Below are positions 53,318-62,049 of a stretch of 64,000 nt of DNA, one piece after another. The notes under the pieces were generated by a model, which saw only the letters and a program-made list of their open reading frames with translations, was not told the origin of the DNA and did no database searches. Positions within the stretch are counted from its first letter, which is position 1. Each line of letters begins with the position of its first letter. The DNA comes from a virus. The stretch covers positions 8,801-72,800 of IMG/VR virus record IMGVR_UViG_3300037755_000598. One strand, 5' to 3'. A program made the position numbers and the translations under genes.

Positions 53318-54285
53318 GACATGCAGCTCCGAAGGTATTTACGAACCTTGTTAATGATCCGCAGCGAGGCATCGATTGACTGCAGCCACTCGCTGGCTTC
53401 TTTTGAATCGCACTCGAACCGCTGCCCGGAGACGGTACGAAGCCCCAGCGCAAGCCCCTCAAGTGTGCTCACAGTTTCCTCAAGCACCCGGTGTACTTTT
53501 ATCGCGGGCTTGTGCCCGATGAGCGCATCCGGCAGTCTGATGTTTGCTTCTCGGGCTAATTCGTTGACGCGTTCCTGGCTGATATGAAGGGCAGCGGAAA
53601 TCTGTGCCGAGCGGTTGCCATCCTGGGCGAGCTTGCGAATGGCGGCGACGCGCACCGCTTTGGGCTGGCATCGCGCCGGCACGCTCGGCGCAGTGTCCTT
53701 CACGCGCTGGTAAGCGCCCCACACGTTCAGCTCCCCGGTTTTGATTTTCTCAAACGTTCCCGGATCACGATCCTTGACTGCGCGCGCGTACCGGATATTG
53801 GTGGCGCTGGCCCCCACAATCGCGGCTGCCGTTTCCACCGCCTCCCGCTGGGGCTCCCGTTCCCGCAAATTTGCGGGAACGGGGAGATTCACTCCGCGCC
53901 GCAGCCCGCCCACCTGGCGTTTTTTCGCCTCTTCATGCAGTGCCGGGAGCATTTCCACTCCAATTGCTGAGCGCTGACCATTTGTCAGGTGGCGCCGCTC
54001 GCCGTTAAGCGACCACGCGAACGCGACAGGAGATGCGCCCGTGTACGGACGGAATGCCGGGACAATCCCAAGCTCCAGGCAGGCGCGGTAGCGATTGCGT
54101 CCATCCAGAATCTTTTCATCGCACAGCCAAATCGGCTCATGCAATCCATTCGTGGCAATGTCCGCCTTGAACGCCTTGAATTCCTCTTCCCCGAGCAAGG
54201 GGAAGAACAATGCGGCCGGATGTGCTTCAAGTGTGGTCATCAATTCCTCATGCCCGGTGAGCGCCCGGCGCGCGGCCGTCTTCAT
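53314..54285 (-). CDS. ParB N-terminal domain protein with HTH
   Basis: HPAA..FP ... DI..NGL.EPI ... ILDGRNRYRAC; R.HLT..QR. Confidence 0.8.
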   Translation of the reverse strand: MKTAARRALTGHEELMTTLEAHPAALFFPLLGEEEFKAFKADIATNGLHEPIWLCDEKILDGRNRYRACLELGIVPAFRPYTGASPVAFAWSLNGERRHLTNGQRSAIGVEMLPALHEEAKKRQVGGLRRGVNLPVPANLREREPQREAVETAAAIVGASATNIRYARAVKDRDPGTFEKIKTGELNVWGAYQRVKDTAPSVPARCQPKAVRVAAIRKLAQDGNRSAQISAALHISQERVNELAREANIRLPDALIGHKPAIKVHRVLEETVSTLEGLALGLRTVSGQRFECDSKEASEWLQSIDASLRIINKVRKYLRSCMS

Positions 54286-54316
54286 AGTCCCTTCGACTGG
54301 CGCCAGGCGCTCACCA

Positions 54317-54508
54317 TCAATCTCCGGATTTTTCCAACAGCTTCGTCATGATCTGTATGAAGATCAGCACTGGGACATGGACCCAAAACAGGAAGAACAT
54401 CAGCTCAGATGCGTCCACGCGCTTGAGCACCTGATATTGCAGCCATAGCCCGATGGGCAACGCTAAGCACACGGCCACAATGCCGCTGATGATTTTCATC
54501 GCTTTCAA
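54317..54508 (-). CDS. small two-TM membrane protein
   Basis: two hydrophobic segments. Confidence 0.6.
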   Translation of the reverse strand: MKAMKIISGIVAVCLALPIGLWLQYQVLKRVDASELMFFLFWVHVPVLIFIQIMTKLLEKSGD

Positions 54509-54708
54509 ATGAACACCCCGTCAGTGAGTTGCGTCACCGCGTCCTCAACTTCGTGATAGCCGCCCCCGGTCTCCAGCACTTCACACGGGCGTCGGTCGCC
54601 GAGAATCTTCTGCGGGCGCATGAGCCAGGTCATCGCTTCAAGCGGCTCGAAAATGAGCAGCAGCTTCAGATGCAGCGCATAGATTCGGCCCACTTCCCAG
54701 GGTTTCAT
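54505..54708 (-). CDS. Xre/MbcA/ParS antitoxin C-terminal (DUF2384-like) protein
   Basis: F....A..WL..PQ..LG...P.E.L....G...V...V..L..GVFI. Confidence 0.7.
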   Translation of the reverse strand: MKPWEVGRIYALHLKLLLIFEPLEAMTWLMRPQKILGDRRPCEVLETGGGYHEVEDAVTQLTDGVFI

Positions 54709-54935
54709 TCGACTCTCCGTGCAGCGGCAAGCGCGCAAGAAGCCTGCCCCTGCGAATGGAACACGCATGCGACGGCAACCGGGTCTGCGCCCTTCTCGAT
54801 TGCCTGCGCGGCGCGATAGTCCGCATGCATTGAGCAGGACGTAATGCTCAGGATCAGCACCGCAATGAGCATGGCGCCCATGCGCAGCAACAGCGCCATC
54901 AACGTGTTTGTTCCCATGTCATACGGCTGATTCAT
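54705..54935 (-). CDS. small membrane/lipoprotein
   Basis: hydrophobic N-terminus with ITSC. Confidence 0.5.
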   Translation of the reverse strand: MNQPYDMGTNTLMALLLRMGAMLIAVLILSITSCSMHADYRAAQAIEKGADPVAVACVFHSQGQASCALAAARRVE

Positions 54936-55278
54936 TCGCGTTCTCCGGTTGGGTCACGTCATCTTCGTATACCGCCATCGGCTCCGACATATGCTCGCGA
55001 TAGACATTCCAGCCATGGAGGGAGATGTATTTGACATGACAGAGCGCGGTATAGAGCTGCGTTCCCGTCAGCTCGTCGTCCAGAGTCACCTTGCGCCCGT
55101 CGTCCGTCGTGATGGGTGCTGCACGAATGGCGCGCTCAACTTCCGCAGGATCAGCCGGCCCAGGATGCCCCAGACACCACGAGGCTCCCGCGACGACAGC
55201 CGCGCGACAGCAGCGCTCGTAATAACCGTGCAGCCCCGTGACCTCATTCATGTCTTCGGTGAATTCCATGGCGCTCAT
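54919..55278 (-). CDS. hypothetical protein, 119 aa
   Basis: overlaps with neighbours. Confidence 0.6.
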   Translation of the reverse strand: MSAMEFTEDMNEVTGLHGYYERCCRAAVVAGASWCLGHPGPADPAEVERAIRAAPITTDDGRKVTLDDELTGTQLYTALCHVKYISLHGWNVYREHMSEPMAVYEDDVTQPENANESAV

Positions 55279-55532
55279 GCGGGCACCGATGCGGCTGCCG
55301 CGCGGCGAAGCGCGCGCTTCTTACCTGTCGAATTGAGCCCGAGCCCGGCGGCGCTGCCGAAGTTCTTCACGAACTCGTAAGTCTTCACCGTGCGCTTGTC
55401 CGCCGGATGCGAGCGGATGTGATTGCGCATGCGGCGCTTCTTGTTCGTCGCGGTGCGCATGGGCTGCGCCGCGTAGTAGTTCTTCTGCTTTGAGCAGCGG
55501 CGCAGCTTCAGTCCTTTGCGTTCTTTGGCCAC
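55275..55532 (-). CDS. basic hypothetical protein, 85 aa
   Basis: ATGA overlap downstream. Confidence 0.55.
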   Translation of the reverse strand: MAKERKGLKLRRCSKQKNYYAAQPMRTATNKKRRMRNHIRSHPADKRTVKTYEFVKNFGSAAGLGLNSTGKKRALRRAAAASVPA

Positions 55533-55537
55533 GTGAA

Positions 55538-56035
55538 TTACTCCGGTAACTTCGGATTGCGCAGCGTGAGGCGATTCGCTTCAAGGATAGGAAGATTGGC
55601 TTCCGTGGGGATGTAGATGACTTCACGGTGCTGGCTCGATGCCAGCCGGTCAATCCACAGGTAACGCAGATATTCGTCATTGCCCTTCAGGCCATCGGCA
55701 ATGATCTTATTGGCAGACGCGACGCCCTTGGCGCGTTCCACCTCGGCCTGTGCCAGAAGCGTCGCCGATTCCTGCTTCGCGCGCGCCTCCTGTATCGCAA
55801 TCTGCCGATTCTGTTCGGCGCGCCGCAGCTCGGCTTGCCCCGCGAGACCTTGCTGCCAAACGTTGTAGTGCGGGCATCCGACCATCAGCGCAATGATGAA
55901 CGCTACGGTTGTGATACCCAGATCACGTATGACAGCCCACCAGTCGATCACCTCGACCTCAATCTGAACATGGCCTCCGTGAAGCGATGAATAGTCCGAC
56001 TTCGTGCCTGCGATCTTGCGGATATAGCGCGCCAT
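55538..56035 (-). CDS. conserved phage membrane protein (SPFH/band-7-like C-terminus)
   Basis: TM then AEVERAKGVA.ANKII...LKGN.EYLRYLWI ... IYIPTEANLPILEA. Confidence 0.7.
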   Translation of the reverse strand: MARYIRKIAGTKSDYSSLHGGHVQIEVEVIDWWAVIRDLGITTVAFIIALMVGCPHYNVWQQGLAGQAELRRAEQNRQIAIQEARAKQESATLLAQAEVERAKGVASANKIIADGLKGNDEYLRYLWIDRLASSQHREVIYIPTEANLPILEANRLTLRNPKLPE

Positions 56036-56046
56036 GACTCACCTCT

Positions 56047-56877
56047 TTACGGAATCTGATCGTCAAGCGGTTCCGCGAGCTTCGCGCGGTGCGCGGCTTC
56101 GCCAGCATCGAGCTGGGAGGTTTCCCAGTCGCGCCAGGCCATCTCTGCAATGATCTTTTCGCGCGTCGCCTGTGGCGTGCGCTCGGCGTTGAGAAACCAT
56201 TCCAGGTCCCGCGTCGTCATGACGTTCCACGGAACGTCATAGTTCTTTTTGCCGTAGCCGAAGATGCCGCCGGGACGCATCTGCGCGGGCTTCCCGTCGC
56301 TCGTTCGCTCGGGATCATGGGATGCGCGTGGCGGCGCAGGGGAGCGGGGAGCAGAAGCAGCGTGAGAGGGCAGCTCTCGCTGATGTTCCGCCCGGGATTG
56401 CCGCTGGGGGTCCTGCGCCGCCACAACCTCGTGCGTGTTCGCGTCCGGGTCATCGCCCGTGATCGGAATGCAGAACGTCTGGACGGCGAGATACTTGTAT
56501 GCGGTGGCCATCGCTTTGTTCGTGGCCTTGTCCCCGGTGTCCATCGCCTCCCCGTAGATGGGGCCGATGACTTTGCTCGATCCGTCGATGGGGCAGATGA
56601 ATTCGTAGGTGAGCTTGAGCAGCGCGTGGAAGAGTTTGCCGCCGGCACGCGTCTCGCGTTCGGTCACGTGGTGCTCAAGCACGCTTGGCAGGATGAGCAG
56701 GTTGTTGCGGTTGAGCGATGGCGCCAGCGCGTCCATCACATCGTCCACGCCCCGGTACATGAAGCTCTGCGATTCGTTGCGCTTGAGTTTGCCTACCCCG
56801 ATCTTCGCCATATCGGACATGACGCTATGGATCGCGGCATAAACCTTCTGAACGGCAACATTTGCTGGCTCGGACAT
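56047..56877 (-). CDS. erf: ERF-family single-strand annealing recombinase
   Basis: YRGVDDV...L ... GEAMDTGDKATNKAMATAYKY...QTFCIP. Confidence 0.9.
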   Translation of the reverse strand: MSEPANVAVQKVYAAIHSVMSDMAKIGVGKLKRNESQSFMYRGVDDVMDALAPSLNRNNLLILPSVLEHHVTERETRAGGKLFHALLKLTYEFICPIDGSSKVIGPIYGEAMDTGDKATNKAMATAYKYLAVQTFCIPITGDDPDANTHEVVAAQDPQRQSRAEHQRELPSHAASAPRSPAPPRASHDPERTSDGKPAQMRPGGIFGYGKKNYDVPWNVMTTRDLEWFLNAERTPQATREKIIAEMAWRDWETSQLDAGEAAHRAKLAEPLDDQIP

Positions 56878-56905
56878 TCGCGCACTCCCCGAAAATCCGC
56901 GAAAC

Positions 56906-56920
56906 GCAACATTATGTTGC
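56906..56920. promoter_or_regulatory. palindromic operator GCAACATTATGTTGC
   Basis: 7-1-7 palindrome upstream of erf. Confidence 0.8.
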
Positions 56921-56937
56921 GCCTCGGGGGGGCGCGG

Positions 56938-56966
56938 ACATTAGTCAAGCCCAATATGGTTTGCAA
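56938..56966 (-). promoter_or_regulatory. putative sigma70 leftward (PL-like) promoter
   Basis: TTGCAA-N17-TAATGT; -35 overlapped by operator variant AAACATTATGTTT (56965..56977). Confidence 0.5.
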
Positions 56967-57192
56967 ACATTATGTTTCACCATTAGAGTCGGGCTCTAGT
57001 TGAATGCACGTGAGCAATCACGCGTAAGTCAGGGTGAGATAAAATAAGGTTTCGCGTCAGTAGCACTGACGAAAAGGCCGTCCTGAATGCAGGCGGGGAA
57101 GCGGCCTTCTGGAGCGTACCCATGATCCATCATCGCGCGTCCGTGCTCGCCTGCGCCTTCCGTGCCTCCGGAACTCCCCCGCCGTTTCTTTC

Positions 57193-57768
57193 CTAACGCC
57201 CCGCCACGCTCATTACCGCCTGCCGAGAACTGCGCAGAATGCTTTCGCGCTGGTGCGGCGACGCCGTAACGTATAGCTCCACCACCTTGGTGAGGCTGGC
57301 GCACTCGTATGTGGCCATCTGCCGTGAATTCATCGCGGTCATCACGCAATGAATCAGCAGTGTCAAAGGGCTTTCAGGGGGCAGTTGAGTAAGTTTCGGG
57401 AATCGCCACGACGGGAAAATATCCTGTGGCCGGTTCCGGGGGAACATTACGCACACGATCAGCATGCAGGCGAGCGGGATCGCCCGCGTTCCGTTGAGAT
57501 ATTTGTCCCATTGCTGGCGATGCGGGGAGCCCCCCAAGGGCCTCGCGAAGTTCGCCAGCGTGGCGGAATTGATCCGCTCACGCTGGCCTCGCCTGCCGAT
57601 ATTAGCTTCAGCAAGCACGCGGCGCAGACCAGCGGCGTCGCGCTGATCCACCGCCGGGGATCGTTGAGAGGGTGGTGGAGTGGATGAGCTGCGCGTCACG
57701 GCTTTCCGTTTGCGCAAATTTTTTCGTTCCGCGACATCAAGTCGCGGAGTACGTGAGGTTTTCATCAT
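57193..57768 (-). CDS. CI-position repressor-like protein (XRE-like HTH, no S24 peptidase)
   Basis: divergent from Cro-like gene; RQQWDKYLNGTRAIP HTH tail; start reassigned to MMKTSR. Confidence 0.55.
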   Translation of the reverse strand: MMKTSRTPRLDVAERKNLRKRKAVTRSSSTPPPSQRSPAVDQRDAAGLRRVLAEANIGRRGQRERINSATLANFARPLGGSPHRQQWDKYLNGTRAIPLACMLIVCVMFPRNRPQDIFPSWRFPKLTQLPPESPLTLLIHCVMTAMNSRQMATYECASLTKVVELYVTASPHQRESILRSSRQAVMSVAGR

Positions 57769-57804
57769 AAATGGCCCGGTGTAATAGCCATTAATCGAGT
57801 TTTG

Positions 57805-57833
57805 ATTATAGAGGTAACTTGGGTGCCACTCAA
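57805..57833 (-). promoter_or_regulatory. sigma70 promoter for repressor-like gene
   Basis: TTGAGT-N17-TATAAT. Confidence 0.75.
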
Positions 57834-57860
57834 GACGGCCGACATTCTCCCGTTCAGGAC

Positions 57861-57875
57861 GCAACATAATGTTTG
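57861..57875. promoter_or_regulatory. operator variant GCAACATAATGTTTG in immunity region
   Basis: near-match to 56906 palindrome between the divergent regulators. Confidence 0.65.
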
Positions 57876-57909
57876 CACTCGTGAACGGAGCCCGACTAGA
57901 GTCCGGCCG

Positions 57910-58212
57910 ATGGAGACCGTCAGAGACGCCCGTGAAAGATTGAGCTTTACGCAGGAAGAACTTGCCGAACGCTGCGGATGCCACGCGACCACGATCAGCC
58001 ACATTGAACGTGGGCGGGAGCAGCCGAGCCTTGAACTCTTCGCGCACATGGCGCGAGAGCTGAAGATTACGCCGACGAGATTACTGACCCTGCTCAGAAA
58101 GCCCTCCATAAAACGCGGATCGACTTCAGTGACGGACATCGTGAAAGAGCGTGAACGACGCGAGCGAGAGCGGCGCGAGCGTGAACGCGAGAGTCGAAAC
58201 CCGGATCACTGA
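57910..58212 (+). CDS. Cro-like XRE HTH regulator
   Basis: R.RLSFTQEELAERCG.H.TTISHIERG...PS; ER-repeat tail. Confidence 0.85.
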   Translation: METVRDARERLSFTQEELAERCGCHATTISHIERGREQPSLELFAHMARELKITPTRLLTLLRKPSIKRGSTSVTDIVKERERRERERRERERESRNPDH

Positions 58213-58605
58213 AGCGCGCGGCGCGCGTGTGGGGCGTCTTGTGAAATCCGACTTGTATCGGAGGGGAGGCTTTTGCTTCCCAAAACCTCTTCTGCCTCAC
58301 ATTTCGCGCCATCTCCTACTTGAGTGGCGCTCTATCTTACATCGCCTCTGCTATCCTTCGCCTCACGTCGCGCATAGCCGACGGCATTTGCCGTCACGCA
58401 GGGAGCGCGATGTACTTCGCCAAACACATTCGCGCACTACGCTCGCACCTGGGCTCGTGCTGGTGTCGGGCAAAGTGTTGTCCTTGTGTCCACCGAAAGG
58501 CTGGGCCGGTGTAACTGGGCAACTGTGGGCAATTGGGCAGGCCCGAGCGCGGATCGCCCCGTTCCCCGCCTGGAAACAGGCGGGGAACGTATCGAAAGGT
58601 GCCGC

Positions 58606-58896
58606 GTGACCACGCCGGCATCACAAACCTTCCGGGGCTATCGCGCGATCACTGAGGTGGTCGAGCGCATGACTGCGCTCGCCGATTGGTTCCAGCAATA
58701 CCGCCCCGACTGCAAAGTCATGACGCTCGCGCGTCGTGATCTCGATCTGTTGCAGCGCTGGCCGAAGGCGGCGGCGATTCACCACGTTCACACCAACACC
58801 GCCACGGGCCTCACGTATTGGCGCGGCTTTGAGCTGCGCGCGGATAAAACGCCGCCCCGTTACGACCGGGAGGCAGCCAATGAAGATCACCGCTGA
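58606..58896 (+). CDS. hypothetical protein
   Basis: GTG after GAAAGG; start uncertain. Confidence 0.5.
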   Translation: MTTPASQTFRGYRAITEVVERMTALADWFQQYRPDCKVMTLARRDLDLLQRWPKAAAIHHVHTNTATGLTYWRGFELRADKTPPRYDREAANEDHR

Positions 58897-59083
58897 AGTG
58901 TTGCTCGTTGAAACCATCGGCGATGCCCTGCATCTGCGCTTGCAGGGACGCGCAGCGACAGACTCCGACTGGCGTCCATGGCTCGTACTGAACATTCAGC
59001 TCCCCGACACCGTGCGCACGCGCCGTGCGTATTACGTCGGCCGCAAAGTAATCATCCAGGTTGATGCATGCCATGACCAATGA
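58880..59083 (+). CDS. hypothetical protein, 67 aa
   Basis: GGAGG RBS, MKITAEV start. Confidence 0.55.
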   Translation: MKITAEVLLVETIGDALHLRLQGRAATDSDWRPWLVLNIQLPDTVRTRRAYYVGRKVIIQVDACHDQ

Positions 59084-59258
59084 ACAACTGAGCGTGCTGC
59101 TACAGCTCATGCAGCGGTGCCTTGACAACGAAACGGAGCACTTGGAAGAACAGTTACTCGCGAGAGACATCCCCGAACACGACGTGGAAACCCTCCTGTC
59201 CGGATTCGCGGACCTCGACGTAATTATCGAGCGATCCATATTTGGACTGCATTCATGA
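59061..59258 (+). CDS. acidic hypothetical protein, 65 aa
   Basis: overlapping operon structure. Confidence 0.5.
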   Translation: MMHAMTNEQLSVLLQLMQRCLDNETEHLEEQLLARDIPEHDVETLLSGFADLDVIIERSIFGLHS

Positions 59259-59467
59259 CCAGCGAATACGTCTCCGGCAAGCGCGCCCGCAAGCTGCGCA
59301 TCCGTGCGAATCACGAACGATTGCACCGGGAATTCGATGAGTACGTCACGCAGCACGGCGCCGTGCTCACCTATGAGCAATGGCTCAATCCGCAGATGCG
59401 CCGGAAGGTCGCGCTCGATGAGCTGAGCGCGCAGGCGCAGGAATTGGAAATGGGATACAGGCAATGA
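59255..59467 (+). CDS. hypothetical protein, 70 aa
   Basis: ATGA overlaps at both ends. Confidence 0.6.
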   Translation: MTSEYVSGKRARKLRIRANHERLHREFDEYVTQHGAVLTYEQWLNPQMRRKVALDELSAQAQELEMGYRQ

Positions 59468-60279
59468 GCGAAGAAGATTTGCCAATGATGCCGCTGCTGG
59501 TGAAGGACTGGATCGCCGCCACCGTGCACTGGACCGACGCTGAGCGTGGCGCTTACATGTCGCTGCTCGTGTTCCAGTGGGTCAATCAGAATGTTCCACC
59601 AGATGTTTCACAGCTCGGGCGGATCATGGGGACCCCCCCGGATCAGTTTGAAAGTCGATGGGCCGTAGTAGGGCAAAAGTTCGACGGCGATGCGAAGGGT
59701 TTATTCAATAACCGATTGGAAGTGCATCGGAAAAAGGCAATCACCCTGCGGGATGCGCATGTGCGTGGGGCAGGCAGTGCGAACGCTGTGCGTCGCGCTA
59801 AGCGTCACGCTGAGCGTGGTTCCACGGATGTTCCACGGGATGACGCACAGCGTGACGAGAGCGCAACGCCTACATCTACATCTACATCTCTATCAGAAGG
59901 AGATAAGAGTAAGAGCGCTTCGCTTCGCTCAGCGAACGCACAGCGTGCTCCACGTGGAACGCCGTGGAACGATGACGAGTGGATCAATTTCAAGCTGGAG
60001 TATCCCCATCGCTCCGGCGGGGTTGCATGGGAGCGTGCGAAGAAAGCATGGAAAGCCCGCCTGGCCGAAGGCCACAAATGGAATGAGCTGATCGAGGGCG
60101 CGAAGCGTTATTGCAAATACTGCGACGCTGCGAATAAGACCGGCACCGACTACGTGATGCACGCAAGCACTTTCTGCGGTCCCGACAAAGGATTCACGCA
60201 GGAGTGGGATATCCCCGCCGATGGCGCGCATAGCGAACGCTGGACGCCTGAGCCCGACGATCCGCCTGAGGCTGCGTGA
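59464..60279 (+). CDS. DUF1376/YdaU-like replication initiator
   Basis: LP.MPL.V.DW...T.H....E.GAY..LL..QW; C-terminal F...YP ... H.STF. Confidence 0.8.
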   Translation: MSEEDLPMMPLLVKDWIAATVHWTDAERGAYMSLLVFQWVNQNVPPDVSQLGRIMGTPPDQFESRWAVVGQKFDGDAKGLFNNRLEVHRKKAITLRDAHVRGAGSANAVRRAKRHAERGSTDVPRDDAQRDESATPTSTSTSLSEGDKSKSASLRSANAQRAPRGTPWNDDEWINFKLEYPHRSGGVAWERAKKAWKARLAEGHKWNELIEGAKRYCKYCDAANKTGTDYVMHASTFCGPDKGFTQEWDIPADGAHSERWTPEPDDPPEAA

Positions 60280-60767
60280 TGGATACGCAACGCGACTTCA
60301 AACCGTTCCAGGACCTTATGGACGATTTATCGGCGGCGTTGCGTGAAGGCTTCAAGGCGAGTGACGCGATGGTGCGCGCGTATTTCGATGCGCTGAAAGA
60401 CGTTTCGATCCACGAGATTCGCGCGAACGTGAAGCGAATCATCGCCACCGCGACGAGAGACACGCCGTTCCCCCGTCCGACCTCCCTTCGTAACCGGCCG
60501 CCGCCGTCATCGGCAACAGCGCCGAACGCAGCGCAGGAAAAATCCGAGCGCGATTCGATCCGGCGCTGGGAAGAGCTGCGGAAGACGAATCCCGTTCTTT
60601 GGGAGATTGAAGTGCGAAGCGCGCGCAGCTTCCGCCGGATGCTGGAGCTTGACGAAGATGATCCTGGCTATGCGGAAGTTTTATCCGAGTACCGTCGCTG
60701 GGATATTTTGCGGTACGCTCCGCGCGCCGAGCAGGAAGCGTGCGTGAAACGGTATCTCGGGCAATGA
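60276..60767 (+). CDS. hypothetical protein (helicase-loader position)
   Basis: directly after initiator; YF.AL.D....I ... FP.P motif. Confidence 0.55.
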   Translation: MMDTQRDFKPFQDLMDDLSAALREGFKASDAMVRAYFDALKDVSIHEIRANVKRIIATATRDTPFPRPTSLRNRPPPSSATAPNAAQEKSERDSIRRWEELRKTNPVLWEIEVRSARSFRRMLELDEDDPGYAEVLSEYRRWDILRYAPRAEQEACVKRYLGQ

Positions 60768-61390
60768 AGGACATTGCCCTCTTCCTGTGTGATCGCAGCG
60801 GCATCATGGCCCAGCCGTGGGCTCGCGCGGGATACCTGTGCATTTGCGTAGACACGCAGCATTCGATCCGCAAGGTGCGTGTGGAGCCCGGCGTTGCGTT
60901 TCAATGGGGCGATGTCAGAACGTGGGTGCCCCCGGAGGCTTGCGCCGGGCGCATCGCATTTGTTGCAGCCTTCCCGCCCTGCACTCACGTTGCCGTATCC
61001 GGCGCGCGCGACTTCCGCACGAAGGGAACGGCGATGCTGCGGGACTCGCTGGAGTTGTTCTCGGCCTGCTATATGGCCGCGCGATGGAGCGGCGCGCCGT
61101 TCATGATCGAGAACCCCGTGGGGAAATTCTCCGATCACATGGGGCGGCCGGATTTCACTTTTCAGCCGTGGCAATACGGCGACCTCTGGACTAAGAAAAC
61201 ATGCCTGTGGACGGGTGGTGGCTTCGTGATGCCGCCCCCGATCAACACGGAACCTCCGACAGGCACGACGGAACGCATTTGGAAGATGCCGCCGAGTGAC
61301 GAGCGGGCAGACCTTCGCGGTGAAACACCACCGGGGTTTGCACTCGCAGTCTTCAGGGCGAATGGGCATTCGCTCAGGGCGGCAGCATGA
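60764..61390 (+). CDS. DNA cytosine methyltransferase (short phage Dcm-like type)
   Basis: AFPPCTHVAVSGAR, IENPVG, F.PWQYGD.WTKKTCLW. Confidence 0.75.
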   Translation: MKDIALFLCDRSGIMAQPWARAGYLCICVDTQHSIRKVRVEPGVAFQWGDVRTWVPPEACAGRIAFVAAFPPCTHVAVSGARDFRTKGTAMLRDSLELFSACYMAARWSGAPFMIENPVGKFSDHMGRPDFTFQPWQYGDLWTKKTCLWTGGGFVMPPPINTEPPTGTTERIWKMPPSDERADLRGETPPGFALAVFRANGHSLRAAA

Positions 61391-61461
61391 AGTGGCTGGT
61401 GCTGGGCATCGCATTCTGCATCGCCGCGTCGATTTGCTTCTGGCTATGGGGAAGCAAATGA
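61387..61461 (+). CDS. 24-aa hydrophobic peptide
   Basis: ATGA overlaps at both ends; MKWLVLGIAFCIAASICFWLWGSK. Confidence 0.45.
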   Translation: MKWLVLGIAFCIAASICFWLWGSK

Positions 61462-61766
61462 CAGTTCCCACTCACACGCGCGTCGAACGTGGATTTTTCC
61501 GGCGGTACTACAAACGCACGGAAAAGATTCGCCGTTCTCAAGCCTGTGAGTATTCCAAATGCCGTTACCGCCGTGGGTGGGCCAACTGGCTGATCGCCGA
61601 GCTGAATGCGTACTGGTACGCGGAGGCACGGGGAGCCAGCCCGAAGATACTGCTCTCTATACTGGACTCCCGTCCGACCTCGGACCAATGGATGCGCTTT
61701 GCGTGCGTTGGTCACAGCAGGCATTCGACTGGGAAAAAAGAAACGCCAACCCTATCTATTGGATGA
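61458..61766 (+). CDS. basic hypothetical protein
   Basis: start coupled to previous stop; overlaps next ORF by about 200 nt. Confidence 0.4.
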   Translation: MTVPTHTRVERGFFRRYYKRTEKIRRSQACEYSKCRYRRGWANWLIAELNAYWYAEARGASPKILLSILDSRPTSDQWMRFACVGHSRHSTGKKETPTLSIG

Positions 61767-62020
61767 TGAAACAGGCCGAAGGGGCACCGTTGCCCGGCGG
61801 CGAGGAGGCAATGCAGGACGATGTTTTAGCGCTGGACGGGGCAATTCGTCGGAGTCACGAAGCCGTCTATGCGCTCATGTATGTCTGGTATTGCACGGGT
61901 GGATCAGTGGGGCAGAAGGCGAGCCGGCTTCATAAAAGCCGCTCCGCCCTCTACTCCGACTGGCGCACATATCTAGCGTATCTGCGCGGCCGTCTTCACC
62001 ACCTGGGCTTCCAGATTTGA
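61559..62020 (+). CDS. antiterminator Q-like / sigma4-type HTH late regulator
   Basis: LDGAI ... VWYC.G.SV.QKA.RL..SRSALY ... YL.G; late-regulator position; true start uncertain. Confidence 0.5.
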   Translation: MPLPPWVGQLADRRAECVLVRGGTGSQPEDTALYTGLPSDLGPMDALCVRWSQQAFDWEKRNANPIYWMMKQAEGAPLPGGEEAMQDDVLALDGAIRRSHEAVYALMYVWYCTGGSVGQKASRLHKSRSALYSDWRTYLAYLRGRLHHLGFQI

Positions 62021-62049
62021 TGGGTCAATCAAATACTGAGGTAACGAAG

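Noticed and set aside
50863-53587. Long plus-strand ORFs opposite int and the ParB-like genes
   Set aside because: Shadow frames with no RBS or domain evidence.
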